Below are positions 53,037 to 64,000 of a stretch of 64,000 nucleotides of DNA, one piece after another. This stretch comes from Phoronis australis (lineage: Eukaryota; Animalia; Phoronida), in the NCBI GenBank assembly GCA_002633005.1, contig NMRA01000206.1, positions 630,971 to 694,970 on the forward strand. The letters run 5' to 3'. The notes under the pieces were generated by a model, which did not search any database, was not told where the DNA came from, and worked only from the letters and a program-made list of their open reading frames with translations. Both the position numbers and the translations under genes were made by a program. How positions within the stretch are numbered: position 1 is the stretch's first letter; every line of letters starts with the position of its first letter.

Positions 53037-53211
53037 TTAGTGCCAATACCAATCTGAATATTTGCCCCGTCGCTGAGCGAGATCACGTGCCTTTGCTTCG
53101 TTGATGGTTTCGTCCGCTCCATCACTCTCCTCGTTGAGGGGGGAATCGACGTCGCGAGCGGCTTGAGCTTGTTGGCCAGCACGTTGACCAGCAGCCAAGG
53201 CCAGTGTGACT
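53037..53211 (-). CDS. Terminal exon C of paralogous peptide precursor: (E)VTLALAAGQRAGQQAQAARDVDSPLNEESDGADETINEAKARDLAQRRGKYSDWYWH*
   Basis: Acceptor ttgtcttcttttttaaag|A GTC ACA CTG; shares the QAARDV and GADET motifs; indels versus A/B preserve frame; AATAAA at 52929-52934 (minus). Upstream intron homology to gene B resumes at 58934-59880, 60904-61060, 61162-61210 and 61652-61671. Confidence 0.75.
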
Positions 53212-53243
53212 CTTTAAAAAAGAAGACAATTTTGTTTCCTTAA

Positions 53244-56200
53244 AGTCCTTATCTGAAAATGCCAATGTGGTTCCAGTATCCGAAAATACTTACTAAATAA
53301 AATCAAAATTTCGATACCCTTTCGTTATATTATTTTAGCCTTTCGTGCCAAAAGCGATTTTTTAACAGTATTTGACCCTTCTCTGTGAGCGTATAATTTC
53401 CGTACCCACATTTGCGGCTCGTCAGTTCAGTAACTTGTCCTGAACGCCGCCATTTTCTTCTTGTAATGTGCTATCGCTTGTTCGAAAAGTCTTCATTATT
53501 TTGTTTTATTAGTAATATCTCGTGATTCGTTTGTACATGTAGTGTATTTATAGTTTGTAGTAAGTGGTCGTTGAATTTGTTTTTTGGAATGTTACGCGTA
53601 CTTTTGTTTATTATGTTAAAATAGCATTGGTGTTTCGTTCCAGTGTTACGTTGGGCGGTCGAACCTAGGAACCAATATGAGTCGAACCCATTTTTTTTTC
53701 GTTGGACTCATTTCTGACGGCACCGACAACATGGCGACTTTTGCTGAACTGGAAGGCATGTTTAACCTGTTACTTTGTAATTTGTGAAGATTTAACGTTG
53801 AACCATTTGACAAACGTTGCTAAAAAGGAACTTTGTTCAATTTTTGCGTTTTTGTGCAAAAAATATAAGATATATTCGAATTTTTTACTGTGAATTTCCC
53901 ATTCGGGTGATCTTACACTAAGCTAAAAATAGCTGAAATAATTTTGAAATGTTTTTTGTTTCACTGTCAACTGCTGTTCAAGGCTTGATTAGGTGTCAAA
54001 AAATGATTCATATTTTTCTAAATTTTAAGTCTAAATTGCTTTCAAGTCATGTTTTGTATCTTATTGCTTTCTTAATTCAGGTTATCAAGTCAGCATAATG
54101 AATAATCTTAATTTGAGAAATAAGCTATGTTGGATTGTGAAGCTTCAAACCTCTAATTCTTCCTCCTTGCAACTCCATATTTTTTTAAATCGTGCTTGTC
54201 AAATTCTGGTGTAAGGAAACACTATTCGGTCACCATGGTAATAATTACATGTAATATGTCCACTTTCATATCATGGAAACTTGTGCTCTTGGATAGTGTT
54301 TGTAATACTTAAATGTTGTAAAGTATTGTGCATTTTAAGTTACTTATTATGGTAAAAGGTTGAATCATTTTGGCTTAATGAATAAAAAATGGTAACATTT
54401 TGTATTGGACTTGTCATACTTATGTGCTCGAGCCCCAATTTGGAGAAATGGAAAATGTCTGCCTCAGTCAGAGAAGCACGAACTCCGAAAAAACTTCTTA
54501 AATTATATCATCGAATTTTTTACGCAAAAATGTATCATATTCATTACGCCACATTTTAAATGTCAATTGTCATATAGTGTTTGATTTTACTTTATTTCTG
54601 TTTCTGTTGACAAAGGACGTTATTATATCCGAAAATTTCAGTTGATCCATTCTTGTTGTTTTATTTACCTATTTATAAAAAAGTAAAAAACGAGACAAAA
54701 GCCCACTAGATGACAGGAAGTACCAAAATTTAGTGTCTGCAATTCATAGCTCTGAACATACCCAGTGAATCTTATAGTAAAAGGTAAACATTCTCAGAAA
54801 TTCCACCCCCCCATTTTTAGGCTTGATGTGCTCAAGCAAAGTCTGGGCAAATCTGTCTTGAAAGCCAACAACTTTGCACAGTTTGCCAGAAGACCCCAAG
54901 TTCTAAATAAACCTCGTTTGAGCGAGCGATGTGGCCAGGGACCAGGTAGGTCTAAGGGTAGCCTTGGCGCAAAGCTGTATAGCCCTACTAACAGGCTGTA
55001 TTTTGAAGATAGTCTTCATAGTGGTAGCTGGCACTGAGGCTAGCCAAGGGCTGCCGCGCCATTTTGACACAGGACTAACCAGCCCGTAATTTTATGCAAG
55101 CGTCTGAAACTACAATTGAATATATGCGGCATTTATGATTTGAACATTTAATTCGACAAAGCAGCTTGCAACCGCATGCCTTTACTCGATCCGCACCGGG
55201 TCCGATAGGCTGCGGTCCCGAGTCCGGCAAAATAATTTTTATCCACGTTCCAGGGTCGTAGGAAGCGGGGGGCCGGGGGGGGCACGGGCCCCCCAAAAAA
55301 TTTTCAGGCGTCAGGGTTCAACTGTGGCAACCGACATACGCGTGGGGAGGGACAATCGAGAAAATTAAGACTGCTAAATGCGAATAAGAGAGAAAAATCA
55401 ATAGAAACATTTAACAACTCTGTGTCAGTGCATGGTTTACCTTTGGGGACCCTGGCCAGGACATTGTTGATGTGGTCTCCGCTTTCGCAGCACAGATCGT
55501 CTTAACGCACTTGAAAACGTGCATGTAATGATTCATGCATCATATTTCGAAAAATCGAAAAAAATGTAAAGCGAAACTTTTGCGTAGCGTGTTAATTTAT
55601 TTGATTTTTAAATTCAAAAAGTCAAAACTTTGCGACTGCAAAACTATATTATCCCAAAGACCCCTCTCTGGCAAGGGATAACGAAAACAACCGTGGCTTT
55701 TTTCTCGATTTGTGTATCACTTGATGACCTGACAGATATCATCAATTGCTGCACATTTCTTGATTTTTGAAAATGTTGATAATTTCATATTGAGTGGCCC
55801 CACCCTTGAAGGAGGCCATTGGTGACATTCAAGTGGCCACCCTTTTTATGTTTTTATTGACAAATTCTTAAGAGTCCGCTCAATGATATATAGAGGGCCC
55901 AATGTTGGTCTTGATTACGTCAATTTTCTTGTTTTTTGTGAAATCGTGCAGCTGACTTTCATGTCGAAGAGGGCTACACCGTCTTGTGACCAAACGACGG
56001 TTGAATGAACTGTAACTCTTTTCCAAGCTTAATGATGTTTAGTCCTTCATAATTAAGGTGTCCCATTTCAAACGGCACCCTCTCTCGGTGAAGCAGTACG
56101 GGGAAACGTCCCTTTGTCCTCCTATACATGTAAATCCGACACAATGGGCGGCGCAATACTGAAACAAGTGTGTGGGGAAGGGATTAAAGCCCCCCAGCCC

Positions 56201-58929
56201 CCTGTGATGCACCGCCCATAGACCATGGGCGGCCCAGCACTGAAAAAAGTGGGGCTATAGCCTCCCAGCCCCCTTGGTGCTCCGCCCATGGACACTGTCA
56301 AGTATTCTCGAGCGAAGTTGAGATTCCAAATTCATAAAAAACCAACATTCGTGTACAGCACAGCAATATCAAGACATTCGATCCAAACAACCAAAAATTG
56401 TGAAAAAAATACAATAGGATTGACCGCCATCGAAAGGGTGGAATTTTGAAAAACGTAAAGACCCCTATTTGTTAATTACACAAAAGGATTATTTCCGATG
56501 GTTAGTTATAGAATAACTAGAAAACGGACAATTGCCGCACGAATAAAAGTTCATGTTAACTCAACGTTACGTCTTTTCATAAGACTTCATCAGGATATGT
56601 ACAGTAGGACAACAAGTGTCGATTACCATTCCACGGCCATGTGGTGAAATGAGAATGAGAGATTGTCCGTTTTATAATCGTACTATGACTAAAATATAAT
56701 GTAATTATAAAATAATGTTACCGTTTCCCATATTATCACAAGAATAGTATCTCTAAAATGATTACTATGAGTTGTTTGTAAGGAATTCCCCTTGGAAAAC
56801 AGTGCTGTCTAGGCTACCATTGGGGTGAACGAGTGTACTCAAATACTCCCAATAATAAACAAATATTTCAGCGTTAATTGGGGGGGGGGGCAAATTAAAC
56901 TCGTGAACCGTTATAGGTACCTCGGTAATGTGCAAAAATACACTTTACTATGAATGCCCAATCTCCCATTTTGTCCGGGTTACCCGCCTAAAATCTGCGA
57001 GCATGGCTGCGGATATTGCTCATATCTGTACATTGATTTCCGTTTTGATTAATAAATTCGTTGGTTTCTGATTTACATGCTTATGTATCTACGAAAACCG
57101 ACAGGTTAGTAGATGATTTTGGTAATTAGAGGCTAATCTTTTAAGAAATGATGACGATTCAGGGAATTTAGATGAAGCCCCAAATAGTAAAGTGCACCTG
57201 GACGCTTTTTGCCCATCTAAAATAACTCTCAGACATTGATAAAATTTGGACACTTCCCAAAAATTTGCTCACAAGTCAAATGACAATAAATACATTGCTT
57301 TTTAACTTCGGTACAAGTTTTGTTGTTTAAACTAACAAACAGGGGATCAAAGGAGAATCAAGTCATTAAATCAAGGTAAACGCATTGCTCATGGATTTGA
57401 TTGTTGGTTTCTGATTTACATGTTTATGTATCTAATGAAAGTGGACTGATTGACGGATGATTTTTTGACAATTAGAAGCTACATGTAATATTCAATGAAC
57501 TTAGTTGCAAGCAGACACCGGGAAAATTCCATCTATCAAAAGATCCCCAAATATAAAAGTACGCTAGACGATTTTTGTCTATCTGAAATAAGTCTCAAGG
57601 AAATTGATGAATTTTGGACAACTTTACAAAGTGTCCCAAAATCCTCTCACAATTCAAATGACAATAAATTGTTTATTGGCTTAGGAACTAGATTACTGGG
57701 TTTAAGTTTACAAGCCGTAGATCGAAAGACGTTTATGTACTTAAATAAATAAAATCTAACTCATTGGTCATCAACTTGGAAAAATTCTCTTTGCAGTTCT
57801 ATGATGTTTTTAGTTTCCAGTAGTATTTAGCAATGAATTTTTGTTCTTCAAATCTGAATCGTTTGCTTGCATTTCCCGTGCATACTAAACACACGGCATG
57901 CGCGAAACCAGCCTAACATTTTTGACGATGGGGACTTTTTACTAAGAAAAAGAAAAAAAAAGGAATACGGGGTTCGTTCAGGGCTATGAATTATGCATAC
58001 GCCGAATTCGTACATTTTTAGTGGAGTTTTGTGTCGTTTTTCTTGGACATTTTGTTTCTTTGAGGCGGACCTTTTTGCCCACTTTTCCAAATGGGGAACT
58101 CACTCGAGCCCCCCGAGCCCTCCTGGGTGCGCACATGCACGGAACACGTAATAACTGGCACACCCACGTTAACAATAAGGTGTAGCCATGCAGTAGGCCT
58201 GCATAGAATATCAATTACCCAAGGGAGCTCAATTTGAACTACAGTCGTTGAAGTGTGTACATTTTTGGAACACACTCTGTATCATTTCCTACAGCAACCA
58301 GAAACAGGACTACCGGCTGTGTTTCATCTAGGGATTCTGAAACGGTCAGTCTCGGGACCTCACCTTTTCAAAAAATTACTTCAAAGACTGGCTATAATAA
58401 AATGAAGTTTTCCCGAAACTGGATTATAAAACAAACCTTGGTCTTCAACCCAGAGCATAGGAACAGGTGCGAATACATTGTTGGAGCTCAGCTATAGTTA
58501 CTTCAGGCAGCTTCCAGCTACCCGTCAGTACGCCCTAGACACATTCTTACTCTCCGAGAAACTTTGTTGGTTCACGATTTCTCAAATCCTGATGGCTGCA
58601 TCCCCGGTATTATCCCCAACTATGGCGGANCCCCCCCCCCCCCCAATAATTTTTCCTTCCTACGGGCCTGCGTTTGCAGGCTGGTAACAAGCAGCTCCAG
58701 TCGCCCTTACGGCGTTTTCTTAGCCTGGGTTCCTGAATGAATTGTACTTCCGGGTTCGCGGTAAGTTCAAAATGGGGGTGTGTTCTTCGGGTGCGATTCG
58801 TGAGTGGCGCGTTTATTAAAGCTTTATTAGATTTCTGATTGTGTATTAGTTTTGGGGTAGGTACTTCTAGGATCCTTATAACACCCTCTAACCATGTAAT
58901 AAGGGTTAACTACGTGTGCTTCTTGGACT
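53244..58929. mobile_element. 5.7-kb TTAA-site insertion (Kolobok-like termini AGTCC...GGACT) in the intron of peptide gene C, with nested MITEs
   Basis: Removing it restores ttttgtttcc-TTAA-ttacagtggatgta, matching the uninterrupted paralogous introns (27930-27960, 30090-30115). TTAA is duplicated at 53240-53243 and 58930-58933. Confidence 0.75.
57060..57750. repeat. Tandem duplication, unit ~345 bp
   Basis: ttggtttctgatttacatg at 57061 and 57404; caaatgacaataaat at ~57277 and ~57655. Confidence 0.75.
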
Positions 58930-59605
58930 TTAATTACAGTGGATGTATTGCATCGGCGTTTCGTCCATTGTTACGAATTATAGAGTACGTTGAAGGGGTC
59001 AACGGCCGATGCAAAAGGCGATAGACACCGGTGGACTGAGTGTCCTACATGCACGTATCTGAATTTCAACACACGGGGCCTTTTGGCCAGTGAATACCCG
59101 GATACTTCGTTCACATAAAAAGAAGCTCGCATCCCGAGTTAGACTGACAGTCCATGTGTTCGTTTACAAGGGGTATACTTGCATATTTAAGAAAGTCTCT
59201 GCGGAAATGGTCCTTTGGCGACACTACAAATATTCCCATTTGGTTCCAGACGATAGTGGTTTCCAAACCCAAGTACAATGTGCATTCGCATATTCTTTTG
59301 TCTGGCATCACAAAGTCTGATCACGACTCGCACTCCGACATGTACAGTTAACCACGTTGAATACCTTAAGTTGAACATGTCCGCCCCCATTGAAATATGG
59401 TAGTAATTGCCTTACCTCACAAAGACGTAATTTAAAAGCATTGCGGGACGGTTGTCGACTCGTAAACGTCCTGTGACATTACAGATAACTTGGTGACGTG
59501 TAAACGATATGACATAAAACAATATTTGTCACTTACATGCACCAGAATGGAAAGCACGGGTCCACGGGATTGAAAAGGGGCCTCAATTCACATAGATCTG
59601 CCTCC

Positions 59606-59747
59606 CGTTCAGTAACGCTAGGACCTTGATAAAAAGCAAGACTTCGCGAGATTACGTGAGATATTGCCGTGCATTTTAAATTAGACCACGTGACTTTGAT
59701 TAGGTTTTAGCTAGGTCCTAGCGTAGGTCCTAGCGTCTACTGAACGC
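59606..59747. mobile_element. Small MITE in the gene C intron
   Basis: TIRs cgttcagtaacgctaggacc / ggtcctagcgtctactgaacg; absent from the paralogous introns. Confidence 0.65.
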
Positions 59748-59894
59748 ACGCCTGGTTTTGCGCCAAAGATTTTCGAGGCACGCGCCATCCGATCACACTC
59801 AAGTCAAATTTCACCGCATGAAACGTAAATTACAAATCAGCTTATGTACTGTATTTTTGTGATGTCACCGGATGTTTAGGGACCAACAACTACA

Positions 59895-60903
59895 CACAGG
59901 CGCTTGAGTTTATCTGTTCCTCGATCGCAAATGACGTCACTCAATACTAAGAAAACATAAAGGTTGGACACTCAAAATCTGTTTGCTCAGAATATTCTAC
60001 TGAAATGCGCATGGAACTCCACGAAGCTACCATCGAACAAATCTTAGAATACCTTCTTTCATTTGATATCTTCAAATTGCCTTCGAGTGGTGATTTGACT
60101 ACAAAAATGCCTAAAGAATGTCAAAGTCACAAATTCAAGGACATTATTGCGTGATGTCATGGCAGACGGTCTTCGCACATCCGGGTTTTTGGCGGACGCT
60201 CCCGACCTAAATCCGAAAGTCTATTTTCGCGCGCCTTTCGTCGTCAGTCCCTCGACTACTTGGTCATGAGAAGCAGAGAGCACTTTAAAAATATCATTGC
60301 CAAATCAATGTATCTACTCAGATATTTGTGTGAAAAATAAAATTATCCTGATACTGTATTGATATGAGAAGTTATTTTGTGTACTGTGATTTCTTATTAA
60401 GGTTTCACTTTTGGCCAGTTTATGCAATAAAATTTTAAATTAAGGGCTAAAATGAGCTGTCAGTGGAATAAAATTACAAGTAATCATTAACATACTAACT
60501 TTAACATTATCAATCAGTTAAGTTTTGGATTAGAATTATTGAATTTGAAATGTAGGTTGCTTGCTCAAACTCGAAGTTTCAACTTCGACAGGCGTACAAG
60601 TTGAAGCACAACTGAAATCCGCCATGTTTACTATTTTAGGTCCTTGAATTCAGAGTTTTGAGATTGTTTTGGAAATTCCGTCGCCAATTCACCACTCACG
60701 GGAACAATTAATGGGATCAAGGAAAGATAAGGCTTCGAATGTTTATGCAATACCAGATTGAGGGAGGTGCACGCAGATTTTATTTGGATTTTGGACAGTT
60801 GAAGTTGGGAGCCTCGGCTCGGCAAAGCTTTATAGTGTCCAACCTATATGATTATGTTTCTTATTATATGGTTATGAGTCATCGGGAAATTCGAGCGCCT
60901 GTG
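59895..60903. mobile_element. ~1-kb non-autonomous DNA element with CACAGGCGCT TIRs (Transib/Chapaev-like CAC ends)
   Basis: cacaggcgcttgagttt ... aaattcgagcgcctgtg; absent at the homologous position of the gene B intron (~30640). Confidence 0.7.
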
Positions 60904-63900
60904 CAACGACAGTGGTGCCGTAGATGAAATCCCCGATCTCTGATCGTCGAAACACTAAGTAACAGAGTCCCGTGTTCTGCTGCATGAAACCGTCCCAACC
61001 GTCTCGACTATGTTCCTTAATCCTTAAACATATTTGTATCTTTTGTTTACTTACAAAAGTCATGCGATTGTCTTTGACTTGTGGCATTTTTATTATGTAT
61101 TTGAAAACTGAGACTTTATTTCAATAAAAACAAATAGAGAGTTAATCCTTAAATTAAGGGCGTTGCATGAAATCCCTGTTGATTTTCAATAATTTAGCGA
61201 ATTCACTCCTGACTAATGACCTAACAATTTTAAATTGGAAAGTTGTTCAGAATTTAATGGAGATTTTCAGCGTATGTACATATTCATCATAGCCTCAGTG
61301 AAAATAAACTGATCCGCAGTCATCCTCTCACGTCTGGCTCCAGCCTTATTTCGTCTATACACCTACGTAAACACGCCAATATCTCCCAAACTAGTAATCA
61401 AAGCCACACGGTTTAAATCAGAGAAATGCAGAGCAACCTCCAAACTGTGGAATCCAAATATTGACATACCTAAACAACATACGGGGCTCTCTCAATTTCT
61501 GAATGAAAATCATGTGTCCTGTGGTGAGTGCACTCACCTACCGGTGGCAGCTGCAACTTATCGTGGTTGATTGAAAACACCCATCGTGCTGTATACATCT
61601 ACATTGTAGGATAACTGGCAAGTCGACTGACGTCGCCGAGCGCAGGATAAGGGTGCAACCGGTCACTGGTCTCTATGTCAATGTCGACATTAAGTACTAG
61701 TCCACGAGAGCACCAACCATGAGCGGCAAGGTGGGGGTCAGCCGATTTTCACCAAATTTGGCACATATGTAGTCCTATGGGATCTATAAACAGCGGTAAA
61801 ATATTTCCTCAAAATATTTTGTTTTTCTAAAGTTATAGGTTCAAACACATTTTACGGTTTCGCAGCCATGTTTTCACGGTATAAAAACTGTCCAGTTTTA
61901 ACTGTTCATATTTTTCCTTGAATGAAAGCTATTGATTTATTATTCACTTGGCATTGTTTAGTGGTGCCTATAGATTGTTACACAGATGTCTTGAAACACG
62001 ATTCCGATTTACCACCCTCATTTAGTAGTTTTACTACACTGCCCCCCGTTATGCCATTTTGAGGTTGTGTTCAGTACACTGCTGTACCAAATCTGCCCCC
62101 ACTGTTATGAGAATGAAACTTAGCCAAAATGTTGACAAAACATGTTACTTTCATTGCATAAAATAAAAACTTTGTCAGCCAGTTTATTAGTTATACATTT
62201 TGGCACCTCAAATGTACTAAAATGAGAAATTTTCATATATCTGAGATCGATGCGTGAGCACCGTAAAATCCGATTGTCCTTCATGTTTTTCGATATTTTG
62301 CAACAAGTTAGTTCCTCCTGAATGTTTTGAACGTTTTACTACTTATCACTTTGGGCTATAGTACCCCTAAATACCATACACATGTACATGGCTCCATTTT
62401 GTAAAAAGCCGATTATGTCCTCCACAGTGAACAGGGTTAGACATGAACTCGACAAATGTAGGTTATTTTGATTTACAGTTGTTTTACTTTGCAATTTCCT
62501 CATGGGTATTTCTTCACACATATTCAAGTCAGATTTTCTGTTGATCAAATGTTCATGCAATGCATTGTAATATCAAATGAATGATAAGTTTGGTGGCATG
62601 ACCGCAGTTTTTCCCACGACTTAAAACAAAAGACCGCAGAAATTTTCCTGACGAAATACCGGGTTTGCAGTTCTCTAAAAACATTCGAATGACAAGACAA
62701 ACTCCACCACTGTCTGTGGCAACTCGTCGCATGTTTTTCGCCCATCGGTCCTATCATTGTTTTCCATTGTTGTGTCACTGTTGGATATAACAACACAGGT
62801 CGCATGGATATAGAACCTTGCGTACATCAGACCGTTGCCGATAAGTGCTCGTCATTATATCTTTATTATAAGAATGAAGATGCTAATCTATTGTTCTCTA
62901 TGCGACTAGGTTTCCCGTGGATGACCACAGAAGAGGAATCCCAAAGTATCCACAAACAATGACGCACCTTAATAGCTATTACCGCGCACACGAATCCTTT
63001 CCGTGGAACCTGAACACCAAATTTTTATATCCGTGTATTGCGTTGTATTGCTCATGGTACGGGTTCAGACTCTGTTGTATTAAGATTCCAATCCCCAACC
63101 CTGTAATCTATAGTTTGAGTAAAATTTCAAGACAATGCAGGTTTATGGATTTATTCTCCTTCAAATGAAGAGTAAAAATCAAATTCTGCACAGGTTTTTT
63201 AAAAGTAATCACTTATTGGAAGATCACACATCTAAAAATAAAACAATGTTTGACAATTTTATTCATTATCTTATTTGAAAATTGCCTACCTCACAGAAAA
63301 CTCATCTAAGTTGAAAATATTCCTTGTGAAAAAATATAAAATACCAACCAGAGACTTGTGGACTACAGAATATGTTTTGGTAATAAAATGCAAAGATAAC
63401 TGTACAGTCAAAAGTGCAAATATTATGACTCTAATAAAAAATTGCCTTCTAGATCTTTTCAACACTCTAATTGCTACAGGACAGAGTCAACCACACAAAG
63501 CCCATAAAGTCAGGGAATTACATTTAAGGTGATGTAGTCTCACTGCGAAAAAGTGATTTCGCAATATCGCTGGAAATCTTCTTCACAAACTTGAGGTAGC
63601 TGTATTTACCACATCAATGTTCTTATCAAAACTAACCACGACAAAATGAAAAATTGGCTTGTCGGTTCCAATTAAGCAGCATTTTACAATGAAATGGTCA
63701 TGAAAAAATACTTTTGCAACATGATTTGCATTAGAATTGCCCACGATTATAGTTGTACATACATACTAGACCAGTAACAAAATTACCCATGGGAACCATA
63801 AAATGGTCAATACGCCAAAAAAACAAGGAGTCACCAGAGCTAATGTGCCAATACTTTTCAGTACTGCAACAAAAAATCATTTGAAGTGGACATAAACTCG

Positions 63901-64000
63901 CCTAAAATCACATAAAACAACTTTTGATTTAGACATTTTATCATCACGAAATAGGTATTACTTCCAGGTCACTTTTGAGCAATTTCAGAACTTTGAAAGA

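Overview
AT-rich (~38% GC by eye), intron- and transposon-rich animal (probably marine invertebrate) genomic DNA. Almost all of the ORF track is noise or decayed transposon sequence. The main signal is a minus-strand, spliced family of short secreted peptide precursors that the ORF track barely shows. A signal-peptide exon (33192-33253, MSKSAIFIVLMMAFAALMTA-E) joins in frame (phase 2) to related terminal exons at 29868-30072 and 27737-27911. A third paralogous terminal exon lies at 53037-53211; its signal exon is predicted just beyond the window end. Each terminal exon encodes VTLA, an acidic pro-region with two [A/V]R motifs and GADET, and a highly divergent C-terminal peptide (very cationic, amphipathic with GKKK, or Trp/Tyr-rich). 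Introns and pro-regions are conserved while the mature peptides diverge, as in antimicrobial-peptide and toxin families. The rest of the window holds an unidentified two-exon ORF (16016-16772), three decayed LINEs, Penelope GIY-YIG fragments with hammerhead-ribozyme cores, Kolobok-like TTAA elements (THAP plus PYxxxP ORFs), two large foldback elements, several MITE families and microsatellites.
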